A stretch of 64,000 nucleotides of DNA, from positions 7,750,001 through 7,814,000 of the forward strand of contig CM022669.1 in NCBI GenBank assembly GCA_012295275.1, read 5' to 3'. Of this stretch, positions 1 to 12,770 are shown one piece after another; the stretch's first letter is position 1, and the number at the start of each line of letters is the position of its first letter. Under the pieces are notes generated by a model. That model did not search any database, was not told the DNA's origin, and saw only the letters and a program-made list of their open reading frames with translations. The DNA is from Chrysomallon squamiferum. Lineage: Eukaryota; Animalia; Mollusca. The translations under genes and the position numbers were made by a program.

Positions 1-230
1 AAATATGTTTCATCATAGCTGATGGTTTATTCATCTTTGCTTAGCTTGAAGATCAATAAGTAAATCATTGACAGAATTGCTACATCTGTCCGTCTGTCAG
101 TTTTTTAAATATTTTTGTTTAGACAGGAAAATTATAGCTGTCTTGAATCAGTGGCTTTGATACCTGTGTTTTTTATAGCCAAAGATACACTGTCATAACA
201 AATAGACATATACATAAATAACAGTGTATG

Positions 231-232
<2 letters not shown>

Positions 233-313
<81 letters not shown>
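233..313. repeat. (TC)n microsatellite
   Basis: Uninterrupted TC dinucleotide run. Confidence 0.97.
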
Positions 314-318
<5 letters not shown>

Positions 319-3300
319 TGTTGGTAGGTATCTATGCTGTTAGAATTAGTTCTGAAATTTATCTCAGAGATGTTTTCTAGTTAATCACTATTATGATACG
401 GATGTGTCTTTGTTTAAACAGGTTTGGTGTTAATCACCAGTCATTCTGATATGTTAATGTTACAATGCCACATGTTACTGGCATTAAATAACTTTTGTAA
501 CATATGGATTGTTGTTTTGCTGTTGTTATGGTAACCCAAATTTAAAATAATAGGCAACTGTGAATAAAAATACATAAAACAGACTGCATGCACCATTTAG
601 AAATCTGAAAGAAATACAGTAACTGCTACAATAACACAACACTATTGCTTGCCAAGAATGTTTTGTCATATACGTTTTAATTTTATATTTAATTTTTTTA
701 GTTTGTGCTGTGAATCATTTCTGTTGGAAAAAGTAAATAAAATAAAATATATAAAATATCCATTACCTTAATCTGGTTTATTTCTTTCACTTTTTATTTT
801 TTTTTTTTTAGTGAATTATATATTTTTCAGGACTAATTTTAAAAAATGAAACAAATTTCTATGAAAACAAAAATTTAAAAGTAAAGTGTAAAAAGGGTTA
901 AAAAAGTTACTAAGTATGTATAATACATATATCTATAATTATTTTTTTTCCAGTAATTTCATAGTTTACCAAATAGATTCATTCTTGCCGTTGAGCTACC
1001 AAACAGAACAAATTTCAGTACAACTGTTTTATCAAAAGCCATGATAACTGGCTTTCTGTAACAGTAAAATAAAAAAACATAATAATAATAAAGAATAGCC
1101 AATTTGTTGTATGGTAACAATTTTATTGGTAAATCAAACTGATTATCAGGAGGTCTTTAATAATAACAATGTACCAAAAGCTATAAGCATAATTCAAAAT
1201 TTCTTGAATACCTTCTTCCTTTCCTTTCTTTAGATAGACTGTACTTGTAATCAGTAACATCTTCTAGAAAATTCAGTTACTGTGTGACAAAATCATGATG
1301 GTTTTGAAGAGAAATGTTAAGTGCTCAATCAAATCAATATAGCTATTGTTAAGCAGATTGTCACAGAGTACGTGGTATCTGCTACTGTGTGTGAATGTGC
1401 GTTCAGTCACCAGTATGTTCATGTTCTTTATTTAATGTACAGTTAATGTAAAGGCATGGAAATTAATGATAACAGCAGCTGTTGTGTTGTATTCTTTACC
1501 TCATAGAACAATTTGTAAACTTTTGTTTCCCTGTTTCATTTACAAATCAATGAAAACTACTTCAGTTTGGTCTGATTTGGGTTTCAGTATTAATTTCATG
1601 TCTGTAGACGTGTGTCCCTATCTGTTTGTCCATCTGTCTGTCTAGCTGGATGTATGTATGTAAGTATGTGTGTTTTTGTGGTTAATGTAATGGCTGTGAT
1701 TGTGCAGTAGAGTCTTCAATAGACTGACTGGCAGATAGGTTGACAAACTGACAGATGCTTAAATTGTAAGATCATGGAAAGATACATTTTCAGAACTGTC
1801 CCTGTTATACATTTTTAGAACAATCTCATATTGATGTATTGTAAAATTAATTTTGTAAGAATTTAATATAGTGTATATTTTATTTAAATTTTACAATGCT
1901 AATCATATAGATTAGAGAGCAGTAATGTCAAATTATTTTTCTATATATTTTTTTTAATAATATATATTTTCTTCTGTTTTTGATAAATATATTTCAAGTA
2001 ATAATTTTTCAGCATTTTAAAAAAAAATCATATTCATCATTAACATCTATGTTATCATAGACCAGATTTATTAAAATGATTATAAAAATTTGCATTTTGA
2101 AAAATTAGAAAGTTTTTAAAAAGTCTAGCAGCCTGTTTCTTATGAAGTATTATTTTGAACTTCATTGTTAGTAAAAGGATGTTATTGATCATATGACCAC
2201 ATATCTTTAAAAGTCTGTCTTAAAATTCATTGGGTTTATATTGTTTGCCATTATAATTGACATGCATATTAATATCAGAAAAGTTAAAAATAATTGAATG
2301 TGAAACCTTAGCTTAATTTCCTGACATTTTAAAAAAAGAAATGAAATTGAATAATCAATGTCCATGTGAATTTAAAATATTGCATCTCTAAAAACAGAAC
2401 AAGATGTTGCCTATGTTTTATTCATTGAATGTATCAGTTATTTTTTAGTTATTTTTGTTAAATTCATTCCATATTAGTCCCAACACATTTTTTGTATATT
2501 GGAAATTAGGTATGAAAAATTGTGTGTTTTCTGTGTTTGTTTGATTGTTTGTTGTTGTTGTTTTTTGGGGGGGTTAGGAGGTTGTTGTGTTTTTTTGCTT
2601 ACAATTGTTGAAGCATTTTTTTTTCCAAGACAACAGCTTTAAAAAATTGGGATTTCTATAATTCTACAATAATGGATATTATTTGTCTGTTTTTATTTAT
2701 TTATTTTTTATTATTATTATTATTTTTTTTTTTTTTTCCTGAAGGAATTTCAGAGATCCCAAAGCCTGAAAGTAAACACTAACAAATTTATTTATTAAAT
2801 AATAAATTCACTTAAAAAGAGAAAGCAAGAATTCTTTTATCTAGCAAAATTCTTCTGAAGAAGGCTTAGAACTTAAAACATTTTGTAAAGAAAAAAGTCA
2901 TTTTTAGTTACAACTGGAAATAATCTCATGCATATATTGAAGAAACTGATCATACAGTAAATAAGATATTAAAAAAAAATTCAGTGATGAATGAAGTTTA
3001 TTTTAAATTACACCATTCTGGTATACATTTTTACAATTTATCACTTTATTGTTTTTTGTGACAACTCATTCTACAATGTACTCAAGAGCTGTATTTATTT
3101 TCTGACAATTGCAGAGTATATCTGCTTTTTTCATGACAATAAAATGAAATTTTTGAACTGTACTCTTACTTTGTTATTAATTAAGTAAACACAGCATTAC
3201 TTGAATGCATGGTGAATATATTTAAACTATTTCTTCTTATGACCAAAGGAAATACTTTAAGAAAAGAAATCCTCATTATAATAGTTAATGGTGCAGTGAC

Positions 3301-3798
3301 TCAGTAAATCCTATTTTGATTTCCATGCTTATGATACGCTTGACAGAACTGTGGTACAATATAGTAAAATATCTTACTGGCATCTGATCTGTTATTAATG
3401 TTTAATAAAGGAGAATATTTGATATCACCCAATTTAATTAATTTACAGTGTGCTTTATTGACAGTAAATAATCTCTTCAGTTAGTAACACAATGATGTTT
3501 GTTATTTAGATTCACAAAATGAACTGTTACTAATTAATTGTGTATGTGTATGCCTGTGTATATTGTATTCATGTTTGTGTGTTTCTGCGTGTGTGTGTCA
3601 GAGAAAAAGTAAAAACAGAAAAATACCAGTTTCTCTAAAAGTCTGTAAAATATTTGAGATGTTCATCATGGTTTTTAGATATAGTTGCCATTTATCACCA
3701 GTCTTGAGTTTGTTTTATTTATTTATTTACAGGGTCTAAGCTATTTTTTGTATAATCTACAGACTTTGCAGTTGTCCTGTGTGTTCTCTTCTGGAAAT

Positions 3799-3829
3799 AT
3801 GTCCTCTCTTAAAAAGTCTGATTTACCAG
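3799..3829 (+). CDS. Candidate start exon for isoform A (MSSLKKSDLP-G)
   Basis: ATG at 3799 with A at -3, 10 codons + 1 nt, then CAG|GTGATT donor (phase 1). This matches the phase-1 acceptor at 11636 and gives MSSLKKSDLPGSKKDKYKRY. Possible acceptor tttatttacAG at 3732. Confidence 0.4.
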
Positions 3830-4242
3830 GTGATTTTTGGTCAAATAGAAATATTTCAACATAATTATATTTGGCATGACACATTTGTATGTGACATGAC
3901 ACATTTTAATTCTTTTTATAACATTTGTTTTCGGTATTGACATATTTAACTTTGGTACGACATTTCTGAATTTGGTTTTATTTTAAAATATTCTGAAAGG
4001 TTATTGCTCTGTGTGTGTTACAACTAGAAATTATTTCGCTATAAAAGAGATCACTCGTGCAACATTATGATGAATGTTTGAGCTGTGTTCATTTGCATAC
4101 AGATTTATGCTTGTTTTATCAATAACTGTAAGCATGTGGGACAATTTGACAGTAGTTAAATACAGCTAAAACCTGTTAGGACATGATCAGCAATTTGCAA
4201 TGACTAGCAAACGAAAACAGAGAGTTCATTTTGGTAATTTTT

Positions 4243-4284
<42 letters not shown>

Positions 4285-5111
4285 TGTTTCTTTACATGTG
4301 CATGCTTTGGTGATGGTAAAACTTGAAATTAGTGTTTATCTATTATCTGAATATTAATTTGAAATGAAATATTGACTGTTTTTATTTTTGGTTTTTTTTT
4401 TGGCTTTGGTATTTTAAAATTTTGTGTGTGTGTTATATATATATATATTTCTTTTTAAATTTAATTTTTTTTGCTTCCATGTCTACATTACAGATTAACT
4501 GTATGATTGTTCAAAACTTGGAATGTATTTTTAGGTTAGGCATTAAACTGCTGTTGACACTTTGGAGTATTAAGCCTAAGTTTAGTCAACTTTTTTGTTT
4601 TCTTAAGTTTAAAATATACTTAAAACAATAAAGAATAATACATAATTATTAGACAAGGTTAGTTTCACTAGGAAGTATATAAAATGTATTTAGGATTTAT
4701 ACTTTACACATTTATAAAAAAACAAACAAGTCTTCTGATACCATGTAATAAAATAAGTTTTTTCTTCCTTTAATGTAAACAAAAAAACATGATATAGTAC
4801 AAACTAATTTTTAATCTCTTTGACACAATCATATGAGTAAAAGGACAAACATTTACATAGCAGAGAATAAAATAAATAATAAAATTCCTAGTTCAGATAA
4901 CTTGTTATAAAAAGAAAATAACGTTTTTTAATATGATAGAAAGGTACATAAAATTATAATCATTTCGAGTCATTTTGCCTATGAAGGTGTTGCCTATAGA
5001 GTAACATTACATATTACTTTACTTTATATTTAGATAATATTTAAATTGCTTTTTTTTATTTTATTTTAGTAAATTTTTGTTCTTACAATTTTATTTAAAT
5101 TTTGCATCCTA

Positions 5112-5118
<7 letters not shown>

Positions 5119-5149
<31 letters not shown>

Positions 5150-5194
5150 AAAAAAAAAAAAAAAAATAAATAAACAATAAAATAAAAAAAAAAA
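5119..5194. repeat. Interrupted poly-A tract
   Basis: Long A runs broken by occasional T/C. Confidence 0.9.
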
Positions 5195-6180
5195 ATGATG
5201 CATTAACTGCTGTTATTGTTATTGTTAATGACTTTTAAAAGAAGACCTTATTAAAAAAAAAAAAAAAAAAAGCCCATTGTATCTTTGAATGTAAAATACA
5301 GGAGTTCCCTATTGTTATGTTGTTAGAAACTGGTGCAGGTTTAGGGTTGGGAGCACAGTGTAACAAGACATTTCCTTATTTACAGTGACCATACAAATTT
5401 TCAACTTTATACAATGAGTCAACTAAAAAAAAAAAATATATATATATAATAATAATAATAACAATAAAATAAATAACAAAATAACAAAGAACAACAACTG
5501 TTTTTGTTTTGTTTTAATGTGTGTGCAAGATCAAGAAAGAAAGGAAAAAAACATTTGTTTTAATGATCTGGATGTAAACATATTCTAAATCTGTTGTCAT
5601 TTGTTATCACACATACAATGAAAAAAAAAAAAAAACCAACTAAAAAAACCTACACACATGAGTAGAAACCTACAAGATATTCTTTCTGAACTAGCAGTAT
5701 TTTATTTAAACATCTTGATAGTCAGAAAAGCCAATAGTACATTCCTTTAATAAACCATTCTTATAACTCTGGTTGGATTGGGAAATAATGGAGTAGTATC
5801 AGCAAAGAGGAACAGTTGTTGAGAATAACCATACCCAGTGTTTTACCACTGAACTGCAAAAATGCAAAATGACTCCTGTTTTTTTTCTCAGTTGTGTATT
5901 GATATATGTGCATCTGGGTTGTGCTTAAAAGAAGATTGTATTTCTATACTGTAAAAATTTAATTTGAACATCAATGAAATGACTAAGACCTGTTTTTTTT
6001 TTTTTTTGTTTGTTTTTTTTTTTTTGTGGCAAAAGCAGTTATTTAAGAATTTTGAGTTAACATTAATATTCATTGCATGCCATTCTGTTGGTTAGTTAAG
6101 AAATGCTTTTCATTGAAAAAAAGCTGTTGTTCAACATTATTATACAAAAAAAATCAGAAAAACAATTAACTGTGCATTAT

Positions 6181-6216
<36 letters not shown>

Positions 6217-6494
6217 ATGAAAGAAAACTGTGGTCTGTCATAAAATAATCATTTAAAAAGTTTTCGAAATAGGTGAAGCCAACAGAGGACATTTTTATTA
6301 CCAGTTAATTTTGTATTTTTTATAATTCACATGATCTAGTCAGCATGTATGCTGTCCTCTCGACATTTCAAATACAATTTCATGATCAGACTAACTGCTA
6401 TTTTGTAAAGAAATATTTTGTATTTGTTGCATTTGGAATTCATACATTAATGCTTGTGTATTTATGATTCATACATAATATCTAAATATTTTCT

Positions 6495-6630
6495 GATCCG
6501 TGCTGTAATGTTTACATATTTGTGATCCAAGCTGTAATGTTTACATATTTGTGATCCATGTTGTGATGTTTACAAAACTTTGATACATAATGTAATGTTT
6601 ACATATTTCAGTCCATACTATAATGTTTAC
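6495..6630. repeat. Degenerate ~29-bp minisatellite (TGTAATGTTTACATATTTGTGATCC core)
   Basis: About five recurrences of (a/g)atgtttaca at regular spacing. Confidence 0.8.
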
Positions 6631-6858
6631 AGGACACAGTCTGTGAAGTGGGGAATTTGAAATATTGTTTTGTCAGAAGATTTTCAAAAAAAAAAAAATA
6701 ATAATAATTAATTTGGCATTTTAAAATTCTTTTTTTAGGTATAAATCTTTTTCCCCATTTTCAAAACTAAAACTATTTGCTACTTTTATGTATAAAGCAT
6801 GTCAATATAATTTGACAAATGCTACACAATAACATAAAAAAGTAATTAAGTAAGTATA

Positions 6859-6905
<47 letters not shown>

Positions 6906-6961
6906 TATCAGGAATACCTAATCAGAATATCTCTAATTAATGATGAAGATGATGATTGATG

Positions 6962-7018
<57 letters not shown>

Positions 7019-8036
7019 TAAAAAGAACTTTGTTTTAAAGCAGCAAAACTGTAGACAGGTATGTAAGCCCTCTAAAGCAAATAAGTCATTCTTCTCAGAG
7101 GATCATTATTTTATTTTATATAATACTTTATTATTAGTAAAAGTTGACTGACAGAAAAAAAAAAAAAAATAACTTTGTATAAGAAAAATATATTTTAAGA
7201 AAGAAAATTTAATCACAATCTAAATTCCATAAACAGATTATTTGAATTTTGCTAACTATTTAGACTATTCTCATATATGATAAATATGTTTTAACCAAAA
7301 AAAATTACCATTTTCTTTTTCATCAAAATTTGACCTTAAAAGTTTATGACAATGCACTTCTATATGGAAAACATATTAAAACTTTCATATGAAAGAGACA
7401 TTTAAAAAAAACAAGAAAAAGAGTACCATTATGGGTTTTTTTGGTCAAAATTTCACAATGAAAAATTTATTTATTTCTGACAAAAAATTTCAATCTTAGA
7501 AACTCTATACAAAATATATTTAGGCTTTTGTAAATAGAAAATCTATTTTATTAATAGCAAATAAATAAAAAAATTAAAAAATCATTTATTTCTATACTCA
7601 ACATTTGTTTTTTTATATCTAAATTCAGCATTTATGTTTTTCACAGCCCATTTGAATTTTAGAAACTGAACTGTTCCCTTCTTTGTAATTACAACTGCTC
7701 TATCATTTGCATTTGTTTCTTTGATCGCAGACTGTGAGAGGAAACTAAACTATCACACACATCTGTGGCTGTATGATCATTTCATCACATGGTGGTGATT
7801 AAAGTATTCACTTTAACAGCAGTTACTCATTTCACAGCTGAATTTTTTCCCCTGTTCCTACCAGATAATACTGTTAAATTAATACAGTTAACCAATGGTA
7901 TGTGCAATGGTATGTACTTTCCTATCTTAGGGAAGATCATGTAAATAAACATAAATGTGTATTTCCAACTTAACATTCTTTTAGCAATAACTAACAAAAT
8001 ATATTCAGCAGATATAAAAATTATTTTATTAGATAA

Positions 8037-8075
<39 letters not shown>

Positions 8076-11000
8076 AATGTTTTTTTTGGGGGGAGGGTTT
8101 TTTTTTTTTTTTTTTAATTTATTATCAAATATAACAATAATAGAGTTTAAATATGCAAAAACCACCAAACATGTAACATATGTGTATCAGTTGAAAGGAA
8201 GATTAATTTTTATTGTTTTTTTTTTGTTTTTTTTATTTATGTTTTGTTTTTTGCAGAATATTCTGTTACAACTGCTATTTTGTTTTAAAGACTAGCCAGA
8301 TTAAAAAAAAATAATACAGATAAAGATTGTATGGCAGTGAAGAATTTTTATTTTATTACATGAAAAAACTTACTAACAGAATTTGAAACTTTGCATGCAG
8401 TATTTGCCAAATGTGTGTTAATGGTCGAAATAGAAGATATTGTCATGTGTTTAAACAAAAATCTCTTAATTTTTATTTATTTAGTTATTATATTATTATT
8501 TTACATATTTATTTATTTATTCATTCATTCATTCATTCATTCATTCATTCATTCATTTATTCATTCATTTATTCATCTATCTGTCAATCAATCTATCTTT
8601 ATTTATTTATTTTAATGACCCTGAATCCTAGCATCTCTTTATGGCCAGCTTCTGGTAAAATTGGTTCTTTAATAAAACATTTAACAACATTTATATATTT
8701 AAATCTGTCATTAAATAATGCATCAATCTCTGCTTTTATCTAAATGGCACTGATAAAAGAATATTTTTTTAATAGCTAAATAAAATTATTTAATGTCTTG
8801 TTTAATCTTTTGTTTACTGAGGTTTAAGTACACAATCATCAAATATTTATTTTAGTATTGTTAAAAATATCATATTTGATTTTATTAGTATTATTATATA
8901 TGTATGTGGGTGTGTGTGTATAAAAAAGATTAACATATTGTTCAATGGGTTTATTCTTAGATGTTGATTCACATGACCACTGATTCTTGTGAACAGAAAT
9001 TCAAAGAGCACATTTCAGTCTGTACTATTGCTTTTCATTTGTTTAATTTCATAATGTCTCTAGGACTGAACTGAGTTTTAATTAAATCTGCTTTATTTAA
9101 TACATTGAGCCATGAATATTAACTAAATCTGTTACATTGAGCCATGTTATTTAAAATTTTATTTAAAAATTGAGCCTGTTTTATTTGAATACATTGAGCC
9201 ATGAGTATTAATTGAATCAGTTAAATATTGAGTTGTCAGTCTTAATTAAATTAGCTTTATTTCATACATTGAGTTTTGAGTTATTTAAATCAGTTTTAAT
9301 TAAAACATTTAAGTTATGAGTTAAATTCAGTACACTGAGTTGTGAGTATTAAACTGAATTAAATCAGTTTTATGTATTAATCTATGTTTCAAATTTAATC
9401 TATGAGTTTTAAATTTAATTAAATCTCTGTAATTAATTCTTTCATTTGGAATATTTAATTAACTGAACTTTGAAATTATATTAATATAAGATCTTCCACT
9501 TTGATGATCATTGTATTATTATTATTATTATTATTATATATTTTTTTAATTTAATGTTGATGTTACATAGATGTCCCACAACATTAGTAACATCAGCTGA
9601 TGCAGATATTAACAGAGAAATTAGATGATTATAATTTTGTTTTCGTACCATTAAAAATAACTCTTTTACAGCTGACAAAAATTATTTATATATATTAACT
9701 TTAATCTGATTGTTTTGTTCTTGTTGTAAGGTGAAATTATATTTTGTGTACTGTGAGGATGTTCGGATCTTGAGTGACAGACTTAGTAATAAGTTAAGTG
9801 GAAGATTGTCAGGTTACTCTTAGTGTCAACTTCAAAACATCAATTACTTTAAACTCCTCCTCACTTCTGAGTGCAGTAATGTTACTTGAAGTACTGTGCT
9901 TATCATGTTAAACAGACATGCAATAAAAGAGATTGTGTGGATTAATTATTTATAATTGTAAAACGTAAATGATAGGTACATCTAACATGTATCTTTCTAA
10001 CAAGGCTTATATATATATATATATATATATATTTTTATTTTATTTGGAGGGCTTTGTTATTTTGTTTTGCTTCATGTTCTTCTCTTTGTTTCAGTTATTT
10101 TTTTATTATTATTATTTTTTTTCTTCAGAATATATCTTTAAAATGTTCACAGTATTAAATGAAGTTTAATTGCAATTTTAGCTGGTTGTGTTGAATTAAT
10201 AGTACACAGTTTTTAATTATTATTGTATTTTAAATTGTTTGTGGTAAATTAACACATGCACAGGGTACCAGATGTTGTTTATACCACAGTGACAAACACA
10301 CAGCAACAGAAATCAATAACATAACAATTCATTATCAAAACAAATGGGCTTATTACATAAATATTTCAAAAATGAACTTGCTATCATACTTCCTTTGTAA
10401 TGCTCACGTTTAGTGTCATTGTTTTATTTATGTATTGAATTTCCTTTGTTCTTTTTAATAGTTAATATTTATATATTAATTTTTTTATGTATTTATTTAT
10501 TTATTTAATATTATTATTATTATTATTACCAATAAGAATTAAAATAAATTGTTCTGAGTGACATCCCTTGTATGAGTTTGTTGTTATCATGATGCTCATC
10601 TGCATACTTACAGCACACCTGTTTCCACATAATAGTTTTATTGATCAGCCACTGACATACCACAACAGCACTGACCATGTGTTCAGTTCAGACCCAGTAC
10701 AACTAGACGTTCTGCACATGACCTAATTATTAAACACTTTTATTCTTAATCATCGCTTCGTGAAAAGAAAGAACTGTCATATTTAAAGCAGGGTGTAAAC
10801 ATTAATGTAACTTTGGTAATTAACAAAGCTTTGATGGTACCTGTTTGATGTTGACCGATTTTTATTTTATTTATTTATTTATTTATTTTCTGTTTGAATA
10901 ATGACTGGGGTTATTGATGAAGTATTGATGATGGCATTTATTGCCCATAACTCCGTTTTTTAGGAAGCCAACATGAATTATCTCCCTTTAAATACTGCCA

Positions 11001-11092
11001 ATAACATTGAAAAGCCAAGCAGATGAATATTTTCTATTTTACAATTTTCTGAAATAACTATATCAGAAATCCAAATCACTTTTTATTTTTTT

Positions 11093-11124
<32 letters not shown>

Positions 11125-11635
11125 CTGTGTATGTGTAAGCAAAAGAAAGAGATGGATACATCTTAATAACTTCATTTAAATGAAATAATATGTAAAATGT
11201 AAATAAGGTCTCTCAAAAAATAATTATATTAATTTGTAGCCGATTCATTGACATAGATGTGTGTCTTCACAGCTGCGGGTTAACACATTATTTACAGGTT
11301 TAACAAGTTAATGTTCAGTGTTTAAGTCTTTCAACTTGTAATATGTTTTCAGAAATATCTAATTTGAATTGGAAACCATATACAATACGTTTTCTTAAAG
11401 TCTGATGTTCATGCACAAATGAAGTCAGAAAATCCTCATTCTTGTCTGCTTCCAAAAGTGGACTTTCTTGGAAAATACAGGCCTATCTTTATTATTATCA
11501 TTATTGTTATTATTTCTTCTTCTCCTTTCTTTTATTATTATTATTTTTTATTTTTGTTATTATCATTTATTCAATGAATAAAATGATGGTGAGATAACAA
11601 GGTGAAATCATATTGTCAAAACAAATCTCTTTCAG

Positions 11636-12147
11636 GTTCCAAAAAGGACAAGTATAAAAGATACAAGAGTGCAGTGGACATCTGCCATGAAAGCCAGGCC
11701 CCAGAACTTAACAGCATGCCTGTTGATGCCAACGCCATGCTGCCTGACCATCTCACAACACCAGCTACACCTCACGTCAGTCGAAGGAAAAAACTGTGGA
11801 GCAGTTTTCGAAACAAGACGCGAGCATTCCGCTTCCGGAAGTCGAAGGACAAGACCAGTGTTTCCGAGCTTCACCGACTTTCTGCCAGTCAACCCAATGT
11901 TTCCACCAATGGTTCAGTGATTGTCGATGATTTTGACTACTACTTTGAATCGGTTAGGAACAGGACTCATGAGCCTTGCAAAGACAGAAGTATGAGTGAC
12001 CCGACCTTGACACCTGAGCTGCGCCATCGAATGTCACAGGAGTCACAGTCACCGAGTGAAGAAAAAGTGATCAATGTCAGTGTGTTCAGTGCAGAAGAAG
12101 AGCGGGACTCTGGGATAGCAGTTCTAGAACGTTCCACAACAGTTATG
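11636..12147 (+). CDS. MCTP1: MCTP N-terminal variable exon A (GSKKDKYK...STTVM)
   Basis: Acceptor ctctttcAG| at 11635 (phase 1), donor ATG|GTAAGT at 12147/12148 (phase 0). Open, GC-richer than flanks. LWSSFRNKTR...RLSASQPN resembles, from memory, the W-S/G-x-F/L-K...R-x-S-x-S-x-P motif of vertebrate MCTP N-termini. Confidence 0.85.
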
Positions 12148-12244
12148 GTAAGTACTCATTTTTTTTTTTAACAAACCGTGACATTTTTATTATTAAAATT
12201 TTTGCCTATAGTCTTTTAATTATTTTGCTTATCGTCTTTACTAA

Positions 12245-12770
12245 ACATATGACACTTATGCAGCACGACATAACCATTGTGAAAACCTGACATATACAAC
12301 ATATGACATCACACTTACAAAACATGTCATATCACTTAAAACACAAAACCAATCACACTTCTAAAACATGACATATACTTACAAAACATGTCATACCATA
12401 CTTACAAAATATAACCTACCACACTTACAAAATGATATATCATACTTATAAAACAGGACATATCACATTTACAAAACATGACAGAAAACATGATATATCA
12501 GACTTACAAAACATGATATATCACACTCAAAAAACATGCATTATAAATCTTACAAAAATTGACATACACATTTACAAAACATGACATATCACAGTTACAA
12601 AACATGATATATCATACTTACAAAACATGTCATACCATACTTACAAAACATTACATGTACCACTTACAAAACATGACATGTCACGCTTACAAAATATGAC
12701 ATATCACATTTACAAAACATGACATATAATTTAAAAAACATGACATATCACACTTACAAAACATGATAGA
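12245..12770. repeat. ~22-bp minisatellite (AAAACATGACATATCACACTTAC)
   Basis: Many degenerate tandem units just downstream of exon A. Confidence 0.92.

Noticed and set aside
7041-7058. Possible microexon AG|cagcaaaactgtagacag|GTATGT
   Set aside because: It has a TAG in the frame needed to join exon A; at best non-coding and unsupported.
11632-11920. Overlapping ORFs 11632..11892 (-) and 11669..11920 (+)
   Set aside because: Shadow frames of GC-richer exon A with no independent signals.
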